Positions 1 to 8,889 of a stretch of DNA of 64,000 nt are shown piece after piece. The notes beneath the pieces are model-generated. The model did no database searches and was not told the DNA's origin. It saw only the letters and a program-made list of their open reading frames with translations. The translations under genes were made by a program, and so were the position numbers. Within the stretch, counting starts at the first letter, position 1. Every line of letters starts with the position of its first letter. The DNA is from Ostreococcus lucimarinus (Eukaryota): the NCBI GenBank assembly GCA_000092065.1, contig CP000591.1. One strand, 5' to 3'.

Positions 1-7
1 AAGCGTC

Positions 8-241
8 ATGGAACTCGACCCACTTCTGGACGAGCTGATGCACACGAACGCTCGCGCCGAGATCAGCGCGCACGAACTCGCCGACGGTGTTCGCATCCTC
101 GCTCGGATGTGCCCCGAGTGGTGCACCATCGTTCACGCGCGGCACGGGGACGAAGAACTCTTTCGAATCGTCTCTCGCGACCCGGCGACGGCTCGCGTCG
201 CGCGCGCCAAACTCGCCAAGCTCTGCCGTGACGCCGCGTGA
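8..241 (+). CDS. Short ORF, possibly the C-terminal end of a gene that starts upstream of the window
   Basis: 77-codon ORF with GC3-rich codon usage ending 265 bp before the CDC73 start. No recognisable domain. Confidence 0.25.
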   Translation: MELDPLLDELMHTNARAEISAHELADGVRILARMCPEWCTIVHARHGDEELFRIVSRDPATARVARAKLAKLCRDAA

Positions 242-505
242 GCGTCGCGACGCAATATAGATTTTCACGCGTACAAATATTTCAGATATAGAATTTTTCA
301 TCGACGTCCACTTTCCACGCGCTGCCCGTCGCCGTCGTCTCCCGCCCGCGAGCCGTCGGCGCGCCGCCCTAATTCAATCAACTTCACTTCACCGCGCACG
401 GACGCGAGTGCGGTCGCGGGTCTAACTCGCTCCAGAGGTTGAAACGCGCGCGCACCGCGTCCTCGATCGCACGTCGCGCGCTATAACGCCTCACGCGCCG
501 CGAAC

Positions 506-1953
506 ATGGACCCTTTGCGTTTGATTAGAGATCATACCATCGCCGGTATAATCGCCGAGTGCGTCCTCGACGCGCCGCCGCTCACGCGCTCACGCGCCGC
601 GCGCCGCGCGGAAACGGTTCGAACGCGCGCGACTGACGATGGGCGCTCGAAACGGGACGTAGGTCGACGCACGACGATGAAAGGATTCACCTGAAGGATG
701 TCGACGTCGAGCTCCGGCGGACGACGGAGACGAATTACAGATCCAAGGCTGGGAACAAGCTGCTGAAGGTGGAGGCGATATGGTATTTCATCAAGTATCA
801 CGTTGCGAACCCCGACGCGGCGCACACGGCTTACATGAAGGCGGCGATCGCGGCGGGGTTCTCGACGCTGTCTATGTTGGATCGGAAAGATTTGATCGCG
901 TACTTGACGGGGGAGCGAGCTACGAGCGATCGAATCGATATCACCGTGCCGGTGATCGTGGATGAGGAGGGTGTGTCGACGGTTGACGCGAAACGCGCGC
1001 GCGAGGAAGACGAGGCGGAAGGCGTGCCGCGAGAGCGCGTGTTAAGAGATAGGAACTCAGTGCTTCGCGCGCCGAAGGATATGACGAGCGTGTTGGATTT
1101 CTTCGCGGCGCCGGAGGAGGAGAAGGAACGTTTAGAAGAGGAGAAGCAGCAGGCGGCTGATTTAGCCAAGGGGATTAAAAACCAGAGATATCGCGACGTG
1201 AAGGAGCAGGTGTTTTGGAGAGAGCACGTCGGGAGCGACTTTGATATGATGAATTTGGACACCAATGCGTCCTTCTTGAGTGGGCCCAAGCCACCCGTAG
1301 ACGACGGCACCGACATGTTGATGACGGACGCACGCGCGATGGAAAAACAGCCGACCGCACCGAGCGGTCCGTCGACTGCGAGTCGTGGAGGACCCGCTGC
1401 GGCCGCCAAGGCTCCGCGCAAGACATCAGGCAAACCGGGCGGCGTCCCGATCATCATCGTCCCCGCCGGGTTCAATCAAAAGGTCGTTCTCAACATGTTC
1501 AACGCCAAGGAGTTCTTGCAGGACGGCAAGTTTACGCAGTGGGATGTGGTGCAAAAAGGCGGCGCTAAAAAGTCAAGCTCCGTGTACATTTCGCGCACGT
1601 ACAAGCGCGACGGCGCCAAGGTCAAGTACGAAGTCACCGAAAAAGCCCCTCACAAACGTTCCGAAGACTGGGCCCGCGTCGCCGCGGTCTTCGTCCTCGG
1701 TGCTAAGTGGCAATTCAAAGACTGGCCCTTCCGCGGCGTCGAAGACGGTGATCTCGTCGAAACCTTCACCAAGATTCGCGGCTTTCACGCCCGCTTTGAC
1801 GGCGATCCCGAAGTCGACGTCGTCAAGACCTGGAACGTCAAGCCCATCACCATCAGTCGCACCAAGCGTCACGGCGATCGCGCCGCGTTCGAGTTCTTCT
1901 GGGACGAGCTCGATCGTCACCTCGCCCTTCGTAGCAGCGCCTTGAAGTATTAA
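506..1953 (+). CDS. CDC73: CDC73/parafibromin (Paf1 complex subunit), spliced. Exon 1 starts at ATG 506 (MDPLRLIRDHTIAG...). An intron of about 546/559-683 follows. Exon 2 runs to the stop at 1953.
   Basis: Exon 1 MDPL[RS].LRD.TI.G matches the plant CDC73 N-terminus. Exon 2 frame reads ...TETNYRSKAGNKLLKVEAIWYFIKYHV...LDRKDLIAYLTGERATS... and the C-terminal Ras-like domain PIIIVPAG...LNMFNAKEFLQDGKF...WDVV...DWARVAAVFVLGAKWQFKDWPF...FHARFDGD...KRHGDRAAFEFFWDELDRHL, as in parafibromin. The frame shift between the ORFs at 506 and 769 requires an intron; GT donors lie at 546 and 559 and an AG acceptor at 682-683. Confidence 0.8.
546..683 (+). other. Intron 1 of CDC73 (approximate boundaries)
   Basis: Frame change between the conserved N-terminal exon and the downstream exon. 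Candidate donors are GTATAA at 546 and GTGCGT at 559; the acceptor AG is at 682-683. The exact donor is not resolved. Confidence 0.5.
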
Positions 1954-2435
1954 TCGCCGCGTCCGCGGACGCGGACGCTTCCAAACGAAAACCCATCCCA
2001 AGTCGCTCACCTCGCGTCGCCGCGCGCGCGTGGTGACGTCGCGCCCCCGACGTCGACATCGCGCACACCGCGTCGCGCGCGACCGTCCGTCGCGCGTCGT
2101 CCGCTCGCAAACCGACGCGAGTTTTTCTCACCGTCCACCGCTCGCGCGCCCGCGCGCGAACGACGCGCGCGCGCCCGCACGGACGCGCGAACGCGACGCG
2201 CGCGCCGGGCGGCGACGAGGGCATCGCGTGACGACGCGCATCGCGACGGTTTTCGCGCGACACGCGCGCGTCGAGCGCGTGCGAAGGCGCGAACGCGCGC
2301 GAGCAGGCGCGCGCGAAGGAACCGCGAGAGTCGGCGCGCGCGGAGAGGCGAGAACCGGCGCGCGCGGGCGAGGAAGGCGCGGTGAAGACGCGGTGAAGGT
2401 TGATCGAATCAAAAAGCGCTCGAACGGGACGCGCG

Positions 2436-4301
2436 ATGGCGACGAAACCGGGCGCGTTGTATGACTTCCCGTGGGCGGAGTGGGGATCGATGAAGTATGC
2501 GGTGTTTTTGCCGTTCGTGGCGACGGTAGCGCTCGGAAAAGACGATGGGGATTCGTTTTGTTGGCACTTGTTGGCGATCGCGGCGCTGCGGTACGCGAGC
2601 GCGCAACTTTGGATAAGCTTGTCGCGAGTGCACGCGTGGACGAGGAAAACGCGGATACAAGCCAGAGGGATCGACTTTAAACAGGTCGATAGGGAGGATA
2701 ATTGGGATGATTACATATTGCTCCAAACGCTGGTGATCGCGCTCGTGCATTGGATGCCGGGATTGGGGTTTAATAATTTCCCGGCGACGAATGAAAAGAC
2801 GGCGGTGCAGCTGTTGTTGTTGCACGCGGGGCCGACTGAGTTCATTTATTATTGGCTGCATCGCGCGTTGCATCATCACAAATTGTACAGTGCGTATCAC
2901 TCGCATCATCACGCGAGCTTTGTCACCGAACCGATCACCGGGAGCGTGCATCCGTTCATGGAGCACTTGATGTACACCGCGAACTTCGCCATTCCGCTCA
3001 TCGGGACGTGGGCGCTCGGCGGCGGCTCCATCGCGATGTTTTACATGTACTTGCTCGGCTTTGACATGCTCAACGCCATCGGGCACTGTAACTTTGAGTT
3101 CATCCCGCGTTGGTTCATGAGACTGCCGCTGATGAAGTACTTGATTTACACGCCGAGCTATCATTCGTTGCACCACTCGCGCGTGCACACAAATTTTTGC
3201 TTGTTCATGCCGCTGTACGACCACGTGTACGGCACAGCGGATGTAACGAGCGACGAGTTGTACGAGAAGGCGATCAATGGGCGGGCGGTACCGGTCACGG
3301 CGCCTGATGTGGTGTTTATGGCCCACGGAACTGAGTTATTGAGCGTGTTCCACTTGCCTTTCATGTTGCGCAGCTTTTCGTCTCGCCCGTTTGTCTCGCA
3401 GTGGTGGCTGAAACCGTTTTGGCCGCTGTGCGTGCCTTTTGTGCTTGTGTTGCGAATGTTCGGCAAATCTTTCGTAGCCGATCGACACCGGCTCAAGACG
3501 TTGAACTGTGAGACGTGGGTGACGCCCGCGTGGGGGTTTCAATTCTTCATCAAGAGTGAATTTAATCACATCAACAGGAAGATTGAGGAGGCGATTTTGG
3601 ACGCCGATCGCGCCGGAGTGAAAGTCGTCGGCTTGGGAGCGCTGAATAAGAACGAGGCGCTAAACGGGGGAGGCGCACTGTTCGTCAACAAGCATGGGAA
3701 GTCTCTGAAGACGAGAGTCGTGCACGGGAACACGCTCACGGCGGCGGCGATTTTACAGAAAATCCCGAGCGAGTGCAAGGAAATTTTCCTCACGGGGGCG
3801 ACGTCCAAACTTGGACGAGCGATCGCTCTTTATTGCGTGGAGAGAGGCATGCGTGTGGTGATGTACACAACGAGCGAAGAGAGGTTCGAAAAGATCAGAA
3901 ATGAAGCGGCGAAGAAGGATCAGCATCTCCTCGTGCAATCTACGTCCCTGAGCGACGGGGCAAAGATAAAGGACTGGGTCATCGGCAAGCACTGCCCGGA
4001 GAAGGATCAAAATATGGCGCCGAGGGGCGCGATATTCCACCAGTTTGTCGTGCCGCCAATCCCCGAAACGCGAAAGGATTGCGTGTACACCGACCTGCCC
4101 GCGTTCAAGCTTCCTAAAGAGGCAAAAGACTTCCGGTCATGCGAGATGACGATGAAGCGTGGTCACATTCACGCGTGCCACGCGGGCGCCCTCGTGCACT
4201 CGCTAGAAGGCTGGGATCACCACGAAGTCGGTGCCATCGACCACACGCGCATAGATACTACTTGGGAAGCGGCGCTGAAGCACGGATTCGCCTTGGCTTA
4301 A
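2436..4301 (+). CDS. CER1/CER3 (WAX2)-like protein: fatty acid hydroxylase superfamily domain plus WAX2 C-terminal domain (putative very-long-chain aldehyde decarbonylase)
   Basis: His-box motifs HRALHHHKLYSAYHSHHHAS, HSLHHS and HVYGT lie in an N-terminal polytopic domain. The C-terminal region VVGLGALNKNEALNGGGALFVNKHGKSLKTRVVHGNTLTAAAIL is typical of the CER1/CER3 WAX2 domain. ATG at 2436 (MATKPGALYDFPW). Confidence 0.75.
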   Translation: MATKPGALYDFPWAEWGSMKYAVFLPFVATVALGKDDGDSFCWHLLAIAALRYASAQLWISLSRVHAWTRKTRIQARGIDFKQVDREDNWDDYILLQTLVIALVHWMPGLGFNNFPATNEKTAVQLLLLHAGPTEFIYYWLHRALHHHKLYSAYHSHHHASFVTEPITGSVHPFMEHLMYTANFAIPLIGTWALGGGSIAMFYMYLLGFDMLNAIGHCNFEFIPRWFMRLPLMKYLIYTPSYHSLHHSRVHTNFCLFMPLYDHVYGTADVTSDELYEKAINGRAVPVTAPDVVFMAHGTELLSVFHLPFMLRSFSSRPFVSQWWLKPFWPLCVPFVLVLRMFGKSFVADRHRLKTLNCETWVTPAWGFQFFIKSEFNHINRKIEEAILDADRAGVKVVGLGALNKNEALNGGGALFVNKHGKSLKTRVVHGNTLTAAAILQKIPSECKEIFLTGATSKLGRAIALYCVERGMRVVMYTTSEERFEKIRNEAAKKDQHLLVQSTSLSDGAKIKDWVIGKHCPEKDQNMAPRGAIFHQFVVPPIPETRKDCVYTDLPAFKLPKEAKDFRSCEMTMKRGHIHACHAGALVHSLEGWDHHEVGAIDHTRIDTTWEAALKHGFALA

Positions 4302-4460
4302 GCTTTCACGCTCTTGCATAATTTTTAGGATGACTTCGCCGAGGCTCTCGACATTACAGAGCCGATTCGGGGTTGTCCAGTCGCTCGCTTCACGCGATTT
4401 TGTAGCCATAGGGGCCTGCCCCGCAACTCATTGAAATTTCAACGCTAATGTTAATTCGCG

Positions 4461-4484
4461 AACGAACGAACGAACGACGGACGG
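4461..4484. repeat. (AACG)n microsatellite in the convergent 3' UTR region
   Basis: aacgaacgaacgaacgacggacgg. Confidence 0.6.
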
Positions 4485-4643
4485 GTCGAAATGCGCGTTT
4501 GCGCGACGCGCCCGCTACGTCGAAAACCTCAGGCGAGGGCTTTACTTTACTGGCCTGCGTTTGTGACTGAATGAATGATTTTATTTAAACAAAGTCCAAA
4601 GAGCTATACTTTACTTTATCTCAAGCTACTAGAGGCGGCAAAG

Positions 4644-5223
4644 CTAGTTGGCGAGCACTTCGCCCGTTTTCTTCAACACGCGAACCTTCTTGCCTCCCTC
4701 TTCCTTCGTGCCGATGCGCGACCGGACGGACTTCGCCTCGCTGTAGTGCATCACGTTGGAGTGATGAATCGGGAACTCACGCTGAATAATTTGTCCCGTC
4801 TCGCCTTCGCCGCGCGGCTTGACGTGCTTCGTCTTCACGTTAACATCCTTGCAGAGCACCTCCCCGGTCTTGGTGAAGACTTCCACCACGTTCGTCACCT
4901 TGCCTTTATCCGCCCCCGCGATGACGACGACCTTGTCGTTCGTCTTCACGTGCATCGGGATGCGCACCGGAAGTCCACGCGGCGTGAGCGCTTGCTTTTC
5001 CCACTTCTTCTTCGCCACGATTTCCATGCCGCTTCGGCGCGCCGCGGGCACCGGGCTCGAGACCTACGTCGTTCGCGTCGTGCGCGTCTGTCAGTCGTCG
5101 CTCGGGGGTGCTGATTCTAGCCTCAATCGCTTTTCCACCCTTCTCACGTCTCGCACGCGTCCCGCGCGCCACCGCACTGGACGCGTCGACGCGATTAATA
5201 CGCATCCACCGCGTACTCGTCAC
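4644..5223 (-). CDS. RPL24: Chloroplast-type 50S ribosomal protein L24 (uL24c). The mature part is 4644-5009. A putative transit-peptide exon at 5068-5223 would be joined through a 58-nt intron at 5010-5067.
   Basis: KKWEKQALTPRGLPVRIPMHVKTNDKVVVIAGADKGKVTNVVEV...KTKHVKPRGEGETGQII...IHHSNVMHYS...GKKVRVLKKTGEVL matches the plastid L24 KOW protein. The upstream ORF in another frame ends ...DAHDAND followed by GTAGGT, and the AG before AAGAAGTGG restores the frame. Alternatively the protein is unspliced from an internal ATG (MEIVAKKKW). Confidence 0.75.
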
Positions 5224-5612
5224 GGCGTCATCATAGCGCGTCGCGCGTCGTCGTCGTCGTCGCTGACGCTTCGCGCGCGCGTAAACCTAGGGCTTCGCGG
5301 TCGTCGCGATGCGTCGGCTCTATCGTCGCGCGCGACGCGCGCGGCAGCTCATCGACGACGCACCTTGTTAGAAGAAATAGCATTCGCGTTGAACGCGGCG
5401 TGGCGCGCCGAGAGGGCGTGAGAAGCCAACATGTCGACGCGGTGTTCAATGCGGCGTGACGTGGCGACGGCGGAGGGGTGTCGAAGGGCTGTAATCCGTG
5501 TTTTAAGTGGGATGCGCGCGAGACTGGACGCGTCGACGACGCGCAGACGACGCGGGCGCGGTTCGAGGGCTAGATTGCTATGAAAGACAATGTTTCTAGG
5601 ACGTCGCGTCGC

Positions 5613-6530
5613 TCAGGTGACGCGAACGATGAAATCGCACAGCGGGGCGAGTTGATTTTTCATCGCGCTGACGCGGTCGCACACGACGCCCGGGCGTCTC
5701 GAGGCTTTGGTAAAGGCGTCGAACGTGAACGTTTCCCCGGGTCTTTGACAGAGCGTACGGTACTTGTCGCGCTTTTTCTTTGCCACGGCGTTCGCGCGGC
5801 GCTGAGCGGCGGTGATTGCCATTTCGGGGAGGGAGCCGGCGTCGGCGGCGCGCGCCGCGTCGATTTCTCGTTCCAGACGTTTTCGAATGAAATCCGGTGG
5901 GTGCGCCGTGAGCTTCTCGCACTTGTTGCACGCGATCATGAGTGGGATCTTGCGCGTTTGAAACGATTCGTCGCTCAGGATGTCGAACAGGAACTTGGCG
6001 ACTTCCTTGCGTTCGCTCGCGAAGGACACGCTGTCCACGACGAAGACGACGGCGCGCGCCCGCGCCAACTCTCGCAGCGCTTCCTTGCGCAGCTTGGCGT
6101 GTCCTGGAACGTCCACGACGCGCACGTGCGACTTTGTCACCTCTCGCCCTCGGCTATTCTTCCCGACGACGACCGCGTCGCCGCACTCGTTCGCCTCGAC
6201 GCTCGTCGTCGTCCTGAAACGCTGCTCTCCGTACTTCAACCCCTGCCACAGCGCCGTCTTCCCGCAACCTTTACCGCCGAGCAGCAACACCGCGGGTTTA
6301 TACGTCTTCGAACGCGAGCCCGGACCGCTCGCGAGGGCGGCGAAGGCGCCACCGACGCCGAAAACGACGCGGAAAGCGACGACGATGGCCAGGAGCGTGA
6401 CGATCGCGACGAGCGCGTGCGCGGCGTTGGCGTCGTCGACGGCCAAACGGTGCGAGAGGACATCTCGCGCAAACGTGTGTGAGGTGTTGTACGCGTCGAC
6501 GGCGCGCGCGGTGAGGGCGGCGACGTCCAT
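5613..6530 (-). CDS. SRPRB: Signal recognition particle receptor beta subunit (Arf-like GTPase with an N-terminal transmembrane anchor)
   Basis: N-terminal hydrophobic segment ALVAIVTLLAIVVAF, then a P-loop LLLGGKGCGKTAL, DVPGH, NKCE. ATG at 6530. Confidence 0.75.
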   Translation of the reverse strand: MDVAALTARAVDAYNTSHTFARDVLSHRLAVDDANAAHALVAIVTLLAIVVAFRVVFGVGGAFAALASGPGSRSKTYKPAVLLLGGKGCGKTALWQGLKYGEQRFRTTTSVEANECGDAVVVGKNSRGREVTKSHVRVVDVPGHAKLRKEALRELARARAVVFVVDSVSFASERKEVAKFLFDILSDESFQTRKIPLMIACNKCEKLTAHPPDFIRKRLEREIDAARAADAGSLPEMAITAAQRRANAVAKKKRDKYRTLCQRPGETFTFDAFTKASRRPGVVCDRVSAMKNQLAPLCDFIVRVT

Positions 6531-6617
6531 GGGGCGTTGTGCGGGACGAAGCGCGAGACGACTGGCGACGGGCGAAACCGAACCGGCGAGCTAGCGGTGG
6601 GTACTAATACAACGCGC

Positions 6618-8825
6618 TCAGGACGCGTTCAGGATGGACTGTCGAAGTTGCGAAATCACCTGCGCGGGATTGGCGGCGCCGAAGACGGCGCTGCCGGCGA
6701 CGAGGACGTTGGCGCCGGCGCGCGCGCAGAGCTCGGCGGTGCTCGGATTGACGCCGCCGTCCATTTGAATGTCCAAGTCTGGATACCTCGCGCGGAGGGC
6801 GGAGACTTTGTCACACACCGCGGGGTTGAACTTTTGACCACCGAACCCGGGTTCGACGGACAAGCACAGGACCATGTCGACGAGACCGGCGTCGACGAGC
6901 TCGTACACGCCGCCGTCTTCGTCGCACGGCGTGGACGGTTTGCACGCCACGGCGGCGCGCATGCCGAGCGATCGAATGGTTTTGCAGAGCTCCTCTGCGG
7001 CGGTACCGCTGACAACTTCGATATGGAACGTCACGCTCGACGCACCGGCGGCGGCGAGCGCGGGAACGAGCGTCGCAGGATTGCTCACGCTCAAGTGACA
7101 ATCGAAGAACGCGTCGCGCGGGCCGACGCGTTTCGCCAAATCCGCCACCACGGGAGGACCGATGGTCAAATTAGGGACGAAATGTCCGTCCATGATGTCG
7201 ACGTGCAACCAATCAGCGCCTTCGTCGAGCATGCGGTTGACTTCGGAGGCTAAAGCGCCTTGGTCGGCCGCCAACAGTGACGGGCAAACGATGGCGCGTT
7301 TGGTCGTCGAAACCGCGGGCGCTCGGCGCGCGCCCCACGTCTCGCGGAATGACGGATATAGTCGTAGGTACGCGGCGTACACGTCGGCATACGCTGCGTG
7401 TGCCTCTGGGTTCGGACTGATGACGCGCGATTTGCGAACCATCGCCGCGACGGCTTCGCGCACGCTTCCAAACAACCCCGCGCCGAAGGCGGCGAGTATT
7501 GCGCAACCGAGCGCGGGGGCGTCCGAACACTCGGTGACGACATGCGGCACTCCCGTGACGTCGGCGTGAATCTGTAACCAAAGTTCGCTTCGCGTCGCCC
7601 CGCCGGCGATGACGACTTCCTTCGGTTCGTACCCTCCGCGGGTCATGGTTTCAAAAATCAATCGCGTACCGCAACACACGCCCTCCAAAATCGCACGGAA
7701 CACGTGCGCTTTCGAGTGCTTGAGCGTGAGACCGGAGATCACTCCGCGGCTGAGTGCGTCCACGTGCGGGGTTCGGTTGCCTTGAAAGTGGTCGAGCGCG
7801 ACGACGCCTTCGCATCCAGGCGGGATCGCGCTCGCTTCGCGGTTCATGTCGTCGTAAAACGAATCGCCGCCGCCGCATAAATTCTTAAACCAATTCACCA
7901 CGGACCCCGTGCTCGTCTGACCACCCTCGACGACGAACGGCGCGCTCTCCACGAGCGCGTTTCTATACGTCCCGAAGATACCCTTCGCGTGAAATTCCTC
8001 CTCCGCGACGCCCAAGTGCAGGTGCGACGAGCCCGTGATCAGCGCTAACTGCCCCGGTTCGATGACTCCCAGCCCGACCATTCCCACGAACGCGTCCGCG
8101 CCTCCCTGAATCACCTTCGTGCCCTCGAGCAACCCGCACGCCGCCGCCGCTCGTGCCGTCATCCCGCCCACCGCCGCGCCCATCGGTAATATCTCCTTCG
8201 GCCACTTTTCCACCAACTCCGCGCACCCAAGCTTTTCTAACATCGTCATCGGCGGTCTCCCGTCGCCGTCGAAGTGCCACCGCACGCCGACGTTGTTCAT
8301 CGACCCGCAGTACCGTCCCGTGAGCCACAGGTTTACGTAATCCTGATACTCGCAAATCATCGTCGCTCTGTCGTACCGCTCCCGGTCGTTTCGCTTCAGC
8401 CACAGCGCCTTGGGCACCATCCACTCCGCGCTCACCGGTCCCGCGCCCGCGCAGTTGACGCGAAGCGCGTCGTCTTCCGTCTCGACGCACGCCGTCGCCT
8501 CGTCGCTCGCGCGGACGTCCATCCACAGCACGCTGTTCCCGATCGCGTCGCCGCGCGCGTCGAGCGCGACGACCGAGCAGCACGTCGTGTCGACGCACAC
8601 GGCCGCGACGTCGCGCGCGTCGACGCCGCACAGGCGCCGCGCCTCGGCGATGGCGGTCGCGAGCCCGTCGAGCCACGACGCGGGGACTTGCTCGGCGCGA
8701 CCGGGCGCGGGGTGCGAGGTGGCGTACGGGACGTCGGCGAACGCGAGCGGGACGCCGGTGAGGGTGAAGACACCGGCGCGGATGCCGGTGGTGCCGCCGT
8801 CGACGCCGACGACGACGGGAGGCAT
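6618..8825 (-). CDS. Bifunctional protein: N-terminal FGGY-family pentulose (ribulo/xylulo) kinase fused to C-terminal ribulose-phosphate 3-epimerase
   Basis: N-terminal FGGY signatures VGVDGGTTGIRAGVF, LWMDVRA and GGQTSTGS...NWF. The C-terminal 220 aa, IVCPSLLAAD...HVDIMDGHFVPNLTIGP...FHIE...LSVEPGFGGQKF...DIQMDGGVN...GANVLVAGSAVF, is a complete RPE. One uninterrupted ORF of 735 codons with ATG at 8825. Confidence 0.8.
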   Translation of the reverse strand: MPPVVVGVDGGTTGIRAGVFTLTGVPLAFADVPYATSHPAPGRAEQVPASWLDGLATAIAEARRLCGVDARDVAAVCVDTTCCSVVALDARGDAIGNSVLWMDVRASDEATACVETEDDALRVNCAGAGPVSAEWMVPKALWLKRNDRERYDRATMICEYQDYVNLWLTGRYCGSMNNVGVRWHFDGDGRPPMTMLEKLGCAELVEKWPKEILPMGAAVGGMTARAAAACGLLEGTKVIQGGADAFVGMVGLGVIEPGQLALITGSSHLHLGVAEEEFHAKGIFGTYRNALVESAPFVVEGGQTSTGSVVNWFKNLCGGGDSFYDDMNREASAIPPGCEGVVALDHFQGNRTPHVDALSRGVISGLTLKHSKAHVFRAILEGVCCGTRLIFETMTRGGYEPKEVVIAGGATRSELWLQIHADVTGVPHVVTECSDAPALGCAILAAFGAGLFGSVREAVAAMVRKSRVISPNPEAHAAYADVYAAYLRLYPSFRETWGARRAPAVSTTKRAIVCPSLLAADQGALASEVNRMLDEGADWLHVDIMDGHFVPNLTIGPPVVADLAKRVGPRDAFFDCHLSVSNPATLVPALAAAGASSVTFHIEVVSGTAAEELCKTIRSLGMRAAVACKPSTPCDEDGGVYELVDAGLVDMVLCLSVEPGFGGQKFNPAVCDKVSALRARYPDLDIQMDGGVNPSTAELCARAGANVLVAGSAVFGAANPAQVISQLRQSILNAS

Positions 8826-8889
8826 GACGAGGGGGAGGCGCGCGAGGCGCGTTGAGCGGCGAGCGGCGAACGGCGACGACGCCGCGAAG

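Noticed and set aside
2030-2464. Numerous long Arg/Ala/Pro-rich ORFs. Examples are 2030-2464, 18040-19314, 21581-22882, 22722-24137, 23366-24628, 27598-28464, 31299-32513, 34079-36337, 42222-43895, 45980-47242 and 55347-56573.
   Set aside because: They lie antisense to, or out of frame with, well-supported genes. They consist of low-complexity RRRA-type sequence, which is expected when GC-rich DNA with strong GC3 bias is translated in the wrong frame. None has a recognisable domain.
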